Part shown: positions 11,807 through 20,759 of the stretch, in pieces
Layout: the number at the start of each line of letters is the position of its first letter
How positions within the stretch are numbered: the first letter of the stretch is position 1
Assembly (NCBI GenBank): GCA_003233345.1
Contig: QILK01000073.1
Coordinates: 6,413-70,412 of the forward strand
Origin: Gammaproteobacteria bacterium
GTDB lineage: Bacteria > Pseudomonadota > Gammaproteobacteria > SZUA-21
Length of the DNA: 64,000 bases
Reading direction: 5' to 3'
The notes under the pieces: generated by a model
Told to the model about the DNA's origin: nothing
Seen by the model: the letters and a program-made list of their open reading frames with translations, nothing else
Databases searched by the model: none
Translations under genes and position numbers: made by a program

Positions 11807-12481
11807 TCATTCTTTTTGACTAATAAGAGTGGAAATATATGATTTTCTGTTACTCAAAAAGGTCATTAGTTCTTCGGGATAATCCTTTTTTACAGCTACC
11901 TTTACAGATTGACGAGAATTTAAAGCTTTGCGATAAGCCAGAACTCTAGGTGTCTTATCAAACACCGCAAAATCTGATATTTTTTCAAAAGTATCAAAGT
12001 ATCGAAATACTGTTGGATAAACGGAATCGACCAGATGAAATTTTGCACCGGAAAAAAAAGAACCCTCTTCAATATTACTTTCAAGTTGTTCAAATTTAGT
12101 CATTAAAAAATTACGCCGTTCTTCAAATTCAGCATAACTAGTCGCACTATAAAATTGCCCTATTACATCCAGAATTGATGAACCAAATTCAATCCAAGAA
12201 CGATGTTTGGCTCTTTGAATCGGGTCACTAGGGTGCAAACTCTCAGATGTTATTTCATTTAAAAATTCGCAAATAACAGCCGACTCGAAAATGACCTCGT
12301 TATCAACTATTAGTAGTGGAACTTTAGCAAGAGGGGACATCAATTCAAACCAGTCAGGTGTATTAGATAAATCGATGTACGTTCGTTTGTGAACAATGTT
12401 TTTTTCTTCAAGAACAATAATTGCTCGTTGTACATAAGGGCAGAGATTGTAACTCACTAATTCTAAATTATACTGAAGCAT
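11807..12481 (-). CDS. Glutathione S-transferase family protein
   Basis: 224 aa. N-terminal thioredoxin-like GST fold (SYNLCPYVQRAIIVLEEKNI...KVPLLIVDNEVIFESAVICEFL) followed by a helical C-terminal domain. Confidence 0.7.
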   Translation of the reverse strand: MLQYNLELVSYNLCPYVQRAIIVLEEKNIVHKRTYIDLSNTPDWFELMSPLAKVPLLIVDNEVIFESAVICEFLNEITSESLHPSDPIQRAKHRSWIEFGSSILDVIGQFYSATSYAEFEERRNFLMTKFEQLESNIEEGSFFSGAKFHLVDSVYPTVFRYFDTFEKISDFAVFDKTPRVLAYRKALNSRQSVKVAVKKDYPEELMTFLSNRKSYISTLISQKE

Positions 12482-12673
12482 GTTGTTTTCCTATTAACTT
12501 AACGTGTCAATTCAATAAAAACTTATCTACGGTAACAGCACAAGTTCGAATCAATTCTTCACCACTAGTCTCTCCATTGATCGCCTATACTTCTCTGTCT
12601 TCTTCTCCCGCATACTTTACCCCAGGTAAATCATTGAGGGCTTTGAAAATTACTTGGTAAAGATCACTTCCGA

Positions 12674-12889
12674 TTATTTGACAAAATGGGCGGAATATCA
12701 ATACTCTTTGAAAATGTTTTGAAAGACTAGGCAGATACAAGGGAAACAAGGTTTTGGCGCTAAATCGATTCTTGGGAAATAAACAGGTTACGGTATTTTT
12801 CAGATAAATCGTGATATTCTGAGCCATATTCCATTACATTTTCATTCATTCGATCAACCCAGAATTCGCCAACAATGGCCCAATCAGCG
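12674..12889. repeat. Direct repeat, copy B
   Basis: See copy A. Copy B contains the genuine 3' end of the 208-aa gene at 12760-13386 and about 85 bp downstream of it. Confidence 0.85.
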
Positions 12890-13386
12890 ATATTCATTTC
12901 ATATTGAGCAAGAACGTGATCTTTTTCCAGTCCGCGTTCGGAGGCAATATCAATATGCTCGATTATTTTTACCCACTTTTTAAATGAAACAGGATTAATT
13001 TGATTTTTGCTATTGCTTATGGATTTTGTGGCTGCAGATTTATCTTCGCTACAAAGGACTTGATTGCTTTGATAAGTGCGGCTAGCCGCGACAAAGGCCT
13101 GACTGTAGAGCATCGCAATATCCGCAGATTGATTGCAACTCATTCTTTTTAACCATTCTGAATTAACGGCTTCCCAGGCAATATCATTGAGCCCAGACTC
13201 ATTCAGTATTAGCTCAAGCTTTTCATTATTGGCAAGACGTGCATTGATGTTCGCCCAGGTTTGCAATGAAATTCCCATATAAGATTGTATTTCGCTACAG
13301 GCTTCTTGTTTGCTTGACGCTAGCTCTGTGTGTTGGTTGATTTTGGCATCGTTAAGAAAAGCCTGAAATTTGTCCTTCATGGTCAT
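12760..13386 (-). CDS. Hypothetical protein (208 aa)
   Basis: Long ORF with no recognisable motif. Its last about 45 codons are duplicated at 11052-11186. Confidence 0.55.
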   Translation of the reverse strand: MTMKDKFQAFLNDAKINQHTELASSKQEACSEIQSYMGISLQTWANINARLANNEKLELILNESGLNDIAWEAVNSEWLKRMSCNQSADIAMLYSQAFVAASRTYQSNQVLCSEDKSAATKSISNSKNQINPVSFKKWVKIIEHIDIASERGLEKDHVLAQYEMNIADWAIVGEFWVDRMNENVMEYGSEYHDLSEKYRNLFISQESI

Positions 13387-13832
13387 GGCTGGCTCCTTGT
13401 GTGTCTAATGTCGAATCTATAGTTAGTATCGTCGGATTAAACTTATGCCACGAACAGAAATAGTGACTAATATACTGAATTTATATTTAATTTATTATTT
13501 GAAATAACCTGAATAACATAAGGTTAACGTTAACACGATTTTAGAATAATCTGCATATATTTATGGCCAAAAAGAGCTAGCTAGACCGTTAATTATGCCA
13601 ATAGTGAGCATATAACCCACTATCCCGATTTAAGATCGGTTTTAATCTCAACGGGTAGTTTGCGATACCCTTATTATAATTTTCAAGAGTGTTCTCGAAA
13701 GCCTTTTTGGATTTGGAAAATATTTCATATTATCCAATATTTTTTTCAGTTAGACTTAAGCTATAGTGAAGGGGGTAACTCGTGTTATTTATTTAGAAAA
13801 ATTTTATTAACGGAAGCATTAAATACAAAAAT

Positions 13833-15842
13833 ATGGATATTAAAAAAACAGGTTTTGTGCGTTGCGGGATTATCGGTAGCTTCTTGTTTTTAAGTTTTTC
13901 GTTAATGGCAGCAGATGCGATAAGCAACGCAAAAAAAGCCACCCGTCTTGGACAATATAAAAAAGCATTTGAAATATTCTTATCAGCAGCACAAAAAGGT
14001 AATATCCCCGCTCAGTATCATGTCGGAACATTGTATTTGAATGGCAGAGGAATTAAAAAAGATATTAATGCTGGTGTAAAATGGACTCAGCATGCTGCGA
14101 ATGATGGTTATCCGCGAGCCCAGTATTATCTGGGAACGTTATATAATAATGGTGAACATGTAAAGGTTAATGTCAAGCTAGGAAAAAAGTGGCTGGGAAA
14201 AGCCGCTAAACAAGACTATGCACCAGCGGTCGCTAAGCTTAACGAACTGGATGAAGCGCCAGTGCATGCCCATCAGAAAAAATCGCAAGTGATGCAAGGG
14301 ACTCGCGAAGATAAAATTATTGTGGCTGTTCGCAGAGATAAACTGGATACAGTCAAAATATTACTTAGTTCAGGCGTTTCGGTCGACACCGTTGATACAG
14401 CCAGTCACAAAACGTTATTAATGATTGCGGCAGAAAAAGGGCATAATGATATTGTGTCTTTCCTATTAAAAAATCGGGCCGATGCGAGCAAAAAAGATAA
14501 AACAGGCGGAACGGCGCTTAACCATTCAATACGTAATAATCATACCAAGGCTGCGTTCCTTTTAATTCAGTGGGGTATTAAAATTGATGAACCTAACATC
14601 TATGGTCAGACGCCACTGATTATATCTGTTAAAGCTAAAAAGCTTTTACTGGTCAAAGCATTGGTCGCGAAAAAGGTTAATCTTAATAGCGTCGATAAAA
14701 AGGGTAACACCGCTCTTGACTATTCTCGTATGCTCGAACGGAAACAGATAGAGAAATTTTTATTGGATCATAAGGCGATCGCAAAAAGTACCTTGTCTAT
14801 TGTTCGCACTAACAGTAGCAATATCACCCGTGTTACGCCAACTTATAAAAACTGGACTTTATTGCTGGAGGCTTCCTGGCGAGGACAGGAAGGTTTGGTT
14901 AGCAGATTGTTAAAAAAAGGTGTGAGTATTAATAGCACCGACGAAGATGGTTATTCTGCGCTTATCCGTGCATCCTGGAAAGGGCATTTGCACATCGTGG
15001 AGATTCTGGTTGATGCCGGTGCGGATATTAATTATAAGCAAAAAAGAGGGTTGACCGCACTAATGCTGGCGGCAAAGCATAATCACGTAGAGGTCGTTAA
15101 TTATCTGCTAGCGAAAAACGCCAATGTTGAGCTACGGGATAATTCGGGGTCTAATGCCGTTATTATGGCCACAAAAAATAACAGCATAGATTCACTCAAG
15201 CGTCTGATCCGTGCCAAAGCCGATTTAAACACACGCGATAAAAGTAAACTAACGGCGCTTATGTGGGCGTCACAGAATAATAGTGTCACCATCAGTAAAA
15301 TGCTTGTGCATGGTGGTGCTCGAGTGGATATGCATGATAATAAAAGACAGGTTGCCTTGTGGCACGCAGCGCTCGCTGGATCAGAAAGGGCCTTTGATTA
15401 TTTGATGACAATAAGAATTGATATCAATAGTAAAAACAACGAAGGTGATACATTGTTAATGCGAATGGCCACTTCAGGTAAAGTGAGTATTGTTCGAAAA
15501 TTAATTAGGCGTGGTGCATCAGTAAGGCTAAAAAATAATATTGGTGATACGGCGTTAATGGCTGCCAGCGGGAAAAATAGACTAAAGGTAGTGCAAATAT
15601 TATTAACAGCCAGGTCTGATGTTAACGTAAAAAATAATATTAATAATACTGCGCTGATGATCGCGTCCAAAAAAGGCCATAGTCAGATGGTCAATTTATT
15701 GTTAAAGCATAAAGCCAGGGTCAGGATTCGCAATAAAGACAAAAAAAATGCAAGGGAACTGGCTCAGCAGGGTGGATTCAAGCGTATTGCCAAAATATTA
15801 GAAAAACATGAAAGCAATGGCGGGTTATTCGGTATTTTTTAA
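13833..15842 (+). CDS. Secreted Sel1-repeat / ankyrin-repeat fusion protein
   Basis: 669 aa with a signal peptide (FLFLSFSLMAADA). About 4 Sel1 repeats (AQYHVGTLYLNGRGIKKDINAGVKW; AQYYLGTLYNNGEHV...), then at least 12 ankyrin repeats with the recurring G-TALM-A---GH---V--LL--GA-VN pattern. Confidence 0.8.
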   Translation: MDIKKTGFVRCGIIGSFLFLSFSLMAADAISNAKKATRLGQYKKAFEIFLSAAQKGNIPAQYHVGTLYLNGRGIKKDINAGVKWTQHAANDGYPRAQYYLGTLYNNGEHVKVNVKLGKKWLGKAAKQDYAPAVAKLNELDEAPVHAHQKKSQVMQGTREDKIIVAVRRDKLDTVKILLSSGVSVDTVDTASHKTLLMIAAEKGHNDIVSFLLKNRADASKKDKTGGTALNHSIRNNHTKAAFLLIQWGIKIDEPNIYGQTPLIISVKAKKLLLVKALVAKKVNLNSVDKKGNTALDYSRMLERKQIEKFLLDHKAIAKSTLSIVRTNSSNITRVTPTYKNWTLLLEASWRGQEGLVSRLLKKGVSINSTDEDGYSALIRASWKGHLHIVEILVDAGADINYKQKRGLTALMLAAKHNHVEVVNYLLAKNANVELRDNSGSNAVIMATKNNSIDSLKRLIRAKADLNTRDKSKLTALMWASQNNSVTISKMLVHGGARVDMHDNKRQVALWHAALAGSERAFDYLMTIRIDINSKNNEGDTLLMRMATSGKVSIVRKLIRRGASVRLKNNIGDTALMAASGKNRLKVVQILLTARSDVNVKNNINNTALMIASKKGHSQMVNLLLKHKARVRIRNKDKKNARELAQQGGFKRIAKILEKHESNGGLFGIF

Positions 15843-15903
15843 GTTAGATTGTTTTTTACGTGCTGCCTGTTTGCAGATTTAAACTTAATTGGAATAATTT
15901 TTA

Positions 15904-16971
15904 ATGAGTATTACCTATAACAAAAAAAAGGAAAGATTAACACCGATAGTGCGTGAGCATTCTATAGAGCAGGTTTCACAGCCTCCGCGGGTTTCAGAGG
16001 CTTCACAAGGTTTAGCCGATAAGCTTCCCGACACCGCAAGCAAGCCACCAAAGAAAACCACGCAAAAGAAAACCAAACAAAAGCAAACAAAGCAAAAGAA
16101 AAAGCGCCCCGAATCAGTCATGCTTAAGTTTTTTACACTGGCATTTACTGCGCTTGTTTTATATGTGCTCTTCGATGGCTGGGTTAACCGGGTTGATGAG
16201 CGGTTTCTTCCCAATAAAGGCAGGGGGCTTTACTACGGTATTATTGGTGCGGCCATGATGGTGTTGTTATTGTTATATCCTGTCAGAAAGCACATGAGGT
16301 TTTTTAGAAAGTGGGGGAGGGTAACCTACTGGTTTCGGGCGCATATGATGCTGGGGATTATGGCACCGGTTTTGATATTGTATCATTGTGATTTTAAGTT
16401 GGGTTCATCTTGGAATAGTTTTGTGGCTTTAATGTCGATGTTTCTTGTTGTTTGTAGCGGCATTATCGGAAGATTTATATACCGACAAGTACATAATTTA
16501 AAAAATAGTCATCACTATACTTATGACCAAATGCGCAAAGTACTGGCGACAGAGAAATCAATTTTTGATCAAAGTTTCAAGTTGTCGGACGAGGCTATTA
16601 GTTTAATCAACAACTTTGAACTTTATTTGGGTAAGAAAAAGGGGGTTTTAGCGCATCTGATCTCGTTACCCATTATACACATGAAGGCCAAGGAGTATTC
16701 TGTCCGTTTAATATCCTTGATAAGGAAGCAGGTTTATAGCTCCCCTGAGTATCGCAATTTACCTCGACGTGCAAAGAAAAATATGTTTTTGGAGTATAAG
16801 GTGCTGGTGGATCGATATTTTAAAAATATTCGACGAGCAGCAAACTATTCGATTTACGAAAAACTATTTTCTTTATGGCATGTGTTGCACTTTCCGCTAT
16901 TTATCCTCCTGATATTTAGCTCTGCGCTGCATATTATTATCGGTTTTATGTATGGCTATATTCAATTCTAA
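15904..16971 (+). CDS. Integral membrane protein with polybasic N-terminus (hypothetical; first gene of the cytochrome cluster)
   Basis: 355 aa. The N-terminal about 70 aa are soluble and lysine-rich (KPPKKTTQKKTKQKQTKQKKKRP). Four or more hydrophobic helices follow, with conserved His (RAHMMLGIMAPVLILYHCDF), then a C-terminal soluble segment and a last TM helix. Confidence 0.55.
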   Translation: MSITYNKKKERLTPIVREHSIEQVSQPPRVSEASQGLADKLPDTASKPPKKTTQKKTKQKQTKQKKKRPESVMLKFFTLAFTALVLYVLFDGWVNRVDERFLPNKGRGLYYGIIGAAMMVLLLLYPVRKHMRFFRKWGRVTYWFRAHMMLGIMAPVLILYHCDFKLGSSWNSFVALMSMFLVVCSGIIGRFIYRQVHNLKNSHHYTYDQMRKVLATEKSIFDQSFKLSDEAISLINNFELYLGKKKGVLAHLISLPIIHMKAKEYSVRLISLIRKQVYSSPEYRNLPRRAKKNMFLEYKVLVDRYFKNIRRAANYSIYEKLFSLWHVLHFPLFILLIFSSALHIIIGFMYGYIQF

Positions 16972-17050
16972 TGATCGTTGCCAAGTTATAATTAATGGAA
17001 AGTAATTAAATGACGGCTCAATTGTGGTAAGTGATATCGTTAGAGCTAAA

Positions 17051-18619
17051 ATGTCTATTTATATTAAAAAATTTTTGACGATAGTCTTAATACTGTCCTC
17101 TTTTATTTCACTCAATGCATTTGCTGACCGGGTCGAAGCGTTTGTGATGCCGGGTGAGGTGATTAAAGGGCATGCCAAGCTGGAAACCAATTGTGTCAAG
17201 TGTCACAAACGATTTGATAAGAAAGCACAAACTCGATTATGTCTGGATTGCCATGATAAAATAGACGCTGTTATGAAAAAACGTAGTGGCTTTCATGGAA
17301 AATCACCGATTGTTAGGAAGAACCTGTGTAGTGCGTGTCACACTGAGCATAAAGGCCGCGATGCTGATATCATCAAGTTGGATAAACGTAATTTTAATCA
17401 TAAATTCACCAACTTTCTACTTAAAGGCCAGCATAAGAAACTTGATTGTAACAGTTGTCACCAAGCCGGTAAGAAATATACAGAGGCAAAATCGACAGTT
17501 TGTTATGGCTGTCATAAGAAAGATGACAAACACAAATTACACCTGGGTAAAAAGTGCGAAAAGTGTCACACGGAACAAAAATGGAAAAAAACCAAGTTTG
17601 ATCATGATAAAACCAAATTTAAGCTGACCGGAAAACACAAGGAAATTGTATGTGAAAGTTGTCATGCTAACGAGCGATATAAAGGTATCCCAACGAAGTG
17701 TGCAACTTGTCATAAGATTAATGATGTTCATAAGGGTAAATTAGGCGACAAATGTGACGAGTGTCATACCACCAAAAGTTGGGGGAAAATGTCATTTGAT
17801 CATGATAACGAAACTGAATTTCCGATACGAGGAAAGCATAAACAACTGAAATGTAAGGCTTGTCATAAAAAAGACCCCAAAGACGAGGAACTTGCAAAGC
17901 AATGTTACGCCTGCCATAAAGTTGACGATAAACATAAAAGTAATTTTGGCCAGAAATGTCAAACGTGTCATAGCGAAAAGGGGTGGGATCACTCGAAGTT
18001 TGATCATGACCGGGATACTAAGTTTCGATTGAAAGAAAAGCACACCAAGGCAGATTGCACAGATTGTCATAAAAAACCTTTGTACAAAACCAAGACCAGC
18101 AGCAAATGTTATAGTTGTCATAAAATCGATGATAAACACAAAGGCAGTCAGGGTAAGAATTGCCAGAAATGTCATAACGAAAAAAATTGGAAATCAAAAA
18201 TTGCCTTTGATCATGATTTTACTAAGTTCCCGCTGGTTGGATTACATGCGCTGGTAAACTGCAAAGAATGTCATACGCAGGAAAGTTTTTCCGCTACCAA
18301 AAAAAGCTGTATCAGCTGCCATAGGAAAAAGGATGTACATAAACTAAGATTGGGGACTTTTTGTGAATTATGTCATACCCCAAATGGATGGAAAATCTGG
18401 AATTTTGATCATGACCGGCAAACTGAATATCCATTAAAAGGTAAACATAAAGGTCTTAATTGCATTAAATGTCATAAACGTCCCGTGAACAAAAAGAGTA
18501 TAAAGTTGGACGCAAACTGTTCAAATTGTCATAGTCAAGACGATCCTCATGATGGAAAGTTTGGTAGCAGTTGTGCAAGTTGCCACAAAGTGTCTTCTTT
18601 TAAGGACATAGATATTTAG
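17051..18619 (+). CDS. Multiheme c-type cytochrome: 21 CxxCH motifs in seven triheme c7-like modules, lysine-rich
   Basis: The track ORF starts at GTG 17024, but ATG 17051 gives a classical signal peptide (MSIYIKKFLTIVLILSSFISLNAFA). I hand-counted 21 CxxCH motifs. There are seven repeats of about 72 aa, each shaped like FDHD-T-F-L-GKH----C--CH ... C--CHK-DD-HKG--G--C--CH. My count gives about 98 Lys (about 18%). Confidence 0.85.
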   Translation: MSIYIKKFLTIVLILSSFISLNAFADRVEAFVMPGEVIKGHAKLETNCVKCHKRFDKKAQTRLCLDCHDKIDAVMKKRSGFHGKSPIVRKNLCSACHTEHKGRDADIIKLDKRNFNHKFTNFLLKGQHKKLDCNSCHQAGKKYTEAKSTVCYGCHKKDDKHKLHLGKKCEKCHTEQKWKKTKFDHDKTKFKLTGKHKEIVCESCHANERYKGIPTKCATCHKINDVHKGKLGDKCDECHTTKSWGKMSFDHDNETEFPIRGKHKQLKCKACHKKDPKDEELAKQCYACHKVDDKHKSNFGQKCQTCHSEKGWDHSKFDHDRDTKFRLKEKHTKADCTDCHKKPLYKTKTSSKCYSCHKIDDKHKGSQGKNCQKCHNEKNWKSKIAFDHDFTKFPLVGLHALVNCKECHTQESFSATKKSCISCHRKKDVHKLRLGTFCELCHTPNGWKIWNFDHDRQTEYPLKGKHKGLNCIKCHKRPVNKKSIKLDANCSNCHSQDDPHDGKFGSSCASCHKVSSFKDIDI

Positions 18620-18939
18620 AAAAGGAGTATGCGTGTAGAAATAGAATATATAAGTTGTGCTTGGATTAATATTACTTTATATTAGACGCGTGTGGTTTTT
18701 TCACACCTCATAAAAATTGTTAGTGGTATATGAAGGTAGATCAGATACCGCTATTAGAGAGGTAAAGCAATAATATAAAATTGAATAGTTAAATGATTTA
18801 TTTAAGACTCTATGCTAGCAACCGAAATTTAGTGTGTATTACGCTTATGGACGAAATGAAATTATCAAAAATGTAATTTCATAAATACACAAATAATTAA
18901 CTGGGATAGGATTTCCCACAAAATAAAAAGCGATATCAA

Positions 18940-20688
18940 ATGGACACTTGGGAAAGGACGCTGTGCAGATTGCATTTGAGGGGCTATCTTAAGTTCCTAG
19001 TGCTTGTCCTGCTAACCTTTACCTTTCTCGTTATCTCAAATCCAGTTTCTGCTAAAAAAGTCACTCAGAAATTTAACCACGACAAAACCGGGTATACACT
19101 TGAAGGTATACATGTCTACGCGGATTGTGAAAGCTGTCATGCGCGTGGAATTTTTAAAGGCACACCTAGAACCTGTCAAGGTTGTCATGCACAAGCCGGA
19201 CGTATTACTGCTACACGAAAACCGATAAATCATATATCGTCATCTGCCGACTGTGGCCAGTGCCATACATCAACGGCTTGGAAACCGGCGAAAATTGATC
19301 ATTCAAAAATCACGGATTCCTGTAATAGTTGTCACAACGGCACAACAGCTACGGGTAAATCAAAGAATCATATTACCACCAATGCACAGTGTAACGTTTG
19401 TCATAGTTCACGTGCCTGGGTTCCGGCAAACTTTAATCATAGTACTATCACCAGTGGTTGTATTAAATGTCACAATGGCACAACCGCGATTGGGAAGACA
19501 AAAGGCAAACATCCGCCCTCGAGTAATAGTTGTGAGAGTTGTCACACGATCAATTCGTTTAGCTTTAATCATACCAATGTAAGGGGCGATTGCTTTAGTT
19601 GTCATAATGGTACGACCAGTGGCGGCAAGAAAAGCGCACGGCACGTCGTTAGCGACAACCGTTGTGAAGTTTGCCATAAGAATAATCGTGCTTGGACATT
19701 TACTCACGGTTCAGGCATCACCGGGTGTAGCAACTGCCACTCGGGCCAGACAAAAGGAAAGCAAAAAGGTGCCAAGCATATTGTTACCGTAGCGAGTTGT
19801 GAATCTTGCCATAAAAGTACCAGTACATGGACGTTTGATCACAGTAACGTAAAATCTGGATGTACAAATTGCCACCGGGGACAAACAGCCGGTAGGCAGA
19901 TAAACCCAGCTACTCATGTAAAAGTGGCGCCAACAGTAGATTGCGCGGTTTGTCACGGCAGTAATACATCATGGACTGTCAATGTCGTGGTAAACCATGC
20001 GAGTTTTACTGGTACTTGTAGCGGATGCCACAACAAGAACGCGACGCATATGCCTACTTCCAATAGCTGTGGTGGTTGTCATAAAACAACAAAAGGTGGA
20101 TTTCTAAAAGCAAATACCAATGTCGATCATCGGCAAATTACCGTTTCATGCCAGACTTGTCATACTGGCAAATATGCCACCTCAAAGAAAAGTACAACAC
20201 ATGTTGCGACGACTAACGCCTGTGCAAATTGTCACAAGTCGACTGCCCAAGGTGGTTGGCCAACGAATATAAAGATGGATCATACGCAATTGGTCGGTGC
20301 GGGTGCCTGTGCTACCTGTCATAAGACCGGTGGTGTTGGGACACCAAAGCCGCAGGTACATATGAATACCACACTGGCATGTGATATTTGCCACGACAAG
20401 ACCACGACTTGGGCTATCAGGTCGATCACTTACACCCATCAGGCCGGATTGACTCAAGGTTGGTTTAAACATGGTTCGCTTACGTCTTGTATAGACTGTC
20501 ATGCTTCCAATGGCCTTGTGCAATGGGAAACCGGTCTCTATAAGAAGTCGTGCGCTGGTTGTCATGCCAGGCAGTACGAACCGGAAAATGACCATTTACC
20601 ACCGATTACTTCGATAGAGGCTAATAAACATTGCGGTGGTACTGTACCAGGTGGTACTGGCTGTCATGGTAGAAATCGAGGGTTTTAA
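18940..20688 (+). CDS. Multiheme c-type cytochrome: 21 CxxCH motifs, Thr/Asn/Gly-rich
   Basis: 582 aa with a hydrophobic signal-like segment (LKFLVLVLLTFTFLVISNPVSA). An in-frame TTG near 18976 with a GGA before it would give a shorter, cleaner signal peptide. I hand-counted 21 CxxCH motifs. CxxCHNGTT(A)xGK and NH/KH(x5-7)CxxCH units recur, supplying the distal His needed for bis-His haems. Confidence 0.85.
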   Translation: MDTWERTLCRLHLRGYLKFLVLVLLTFTFLVISNPVSAKKVTQKFNHDKTGYTLEGIHVYADCESCHARGIFKGTPRTCQGCHAQAGRITATRKPINHISSSADCGQCHTSTAWKPAKIDHSKITDSCNSCHNGTTATGKSKNHITTNAQCNVCHSSRAWVPANFNHSTITSGCIKCHNGTTAIGKTKGKHPPSSNSCESCHTINSFSFNHTNVRGDCFSCHNGTTSGGKKSARHVVSDNRCEVCHKNNRAWTFTHGSGITGCSNCHSGQTKGKQKGAKHIVTVASCESCHKSTSTWTFDHSNVKSGCTNCHRGQTAGRQINPATHVKVAPTVDCAVCHGSNTSWTVNVVVNHASFTGTCSGCHNKNATHMPTSNSCGGCHKTTKGGFLKANTNVDHRQITVSCQTCHTGKYATSKKSTTHVATTNACANCHKSTAQGGWPTNIKMDHTQLVGAGACATCHKTGGVGTPKPQVHMNTTLACDICHDKTTTWAIRSITYTHQAGLTQGWFKHGSLTSCIDCHASNGLVQWETGLYKKSCAGCHARQYEPENDHLPPITSIEANKHCGGTVPGGTGCHGRNRGF

Positions 20689-20759
20689 TTAGAGAACGTA
20701 TATCAATTGGATCACACGGCGGTTTAGTAACAACTAGAGACTAAATAGAGCGTATAAAC

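Noticed and set aside
17286-18175. ORFs 17286-17627 (+), 17537-17731 (-) and 17792-18175 (-) inside cytochrome 1
   Set aside because: They are alternative-frame or antisense products of the lysine-codon-rich (AAA/AAG) repetitive sequence. The CxxCH-bearing frame is clearly the real one.
18690-18712. Possible terminator hairpin (gtgtgg-ttttttc-acac) between the two cytochrome genes
   Set aside because: The stem is only 5 bp. It is too weak to call, although the 320-bp gap may well contain a promoter for cytochrome 2.
19036-20595. Multiple short ORFs on both strands inside cytochrome 2
   Set aside because: Same reasoning: the 21-CxxCH frame with a signal peptide is the coding frame.
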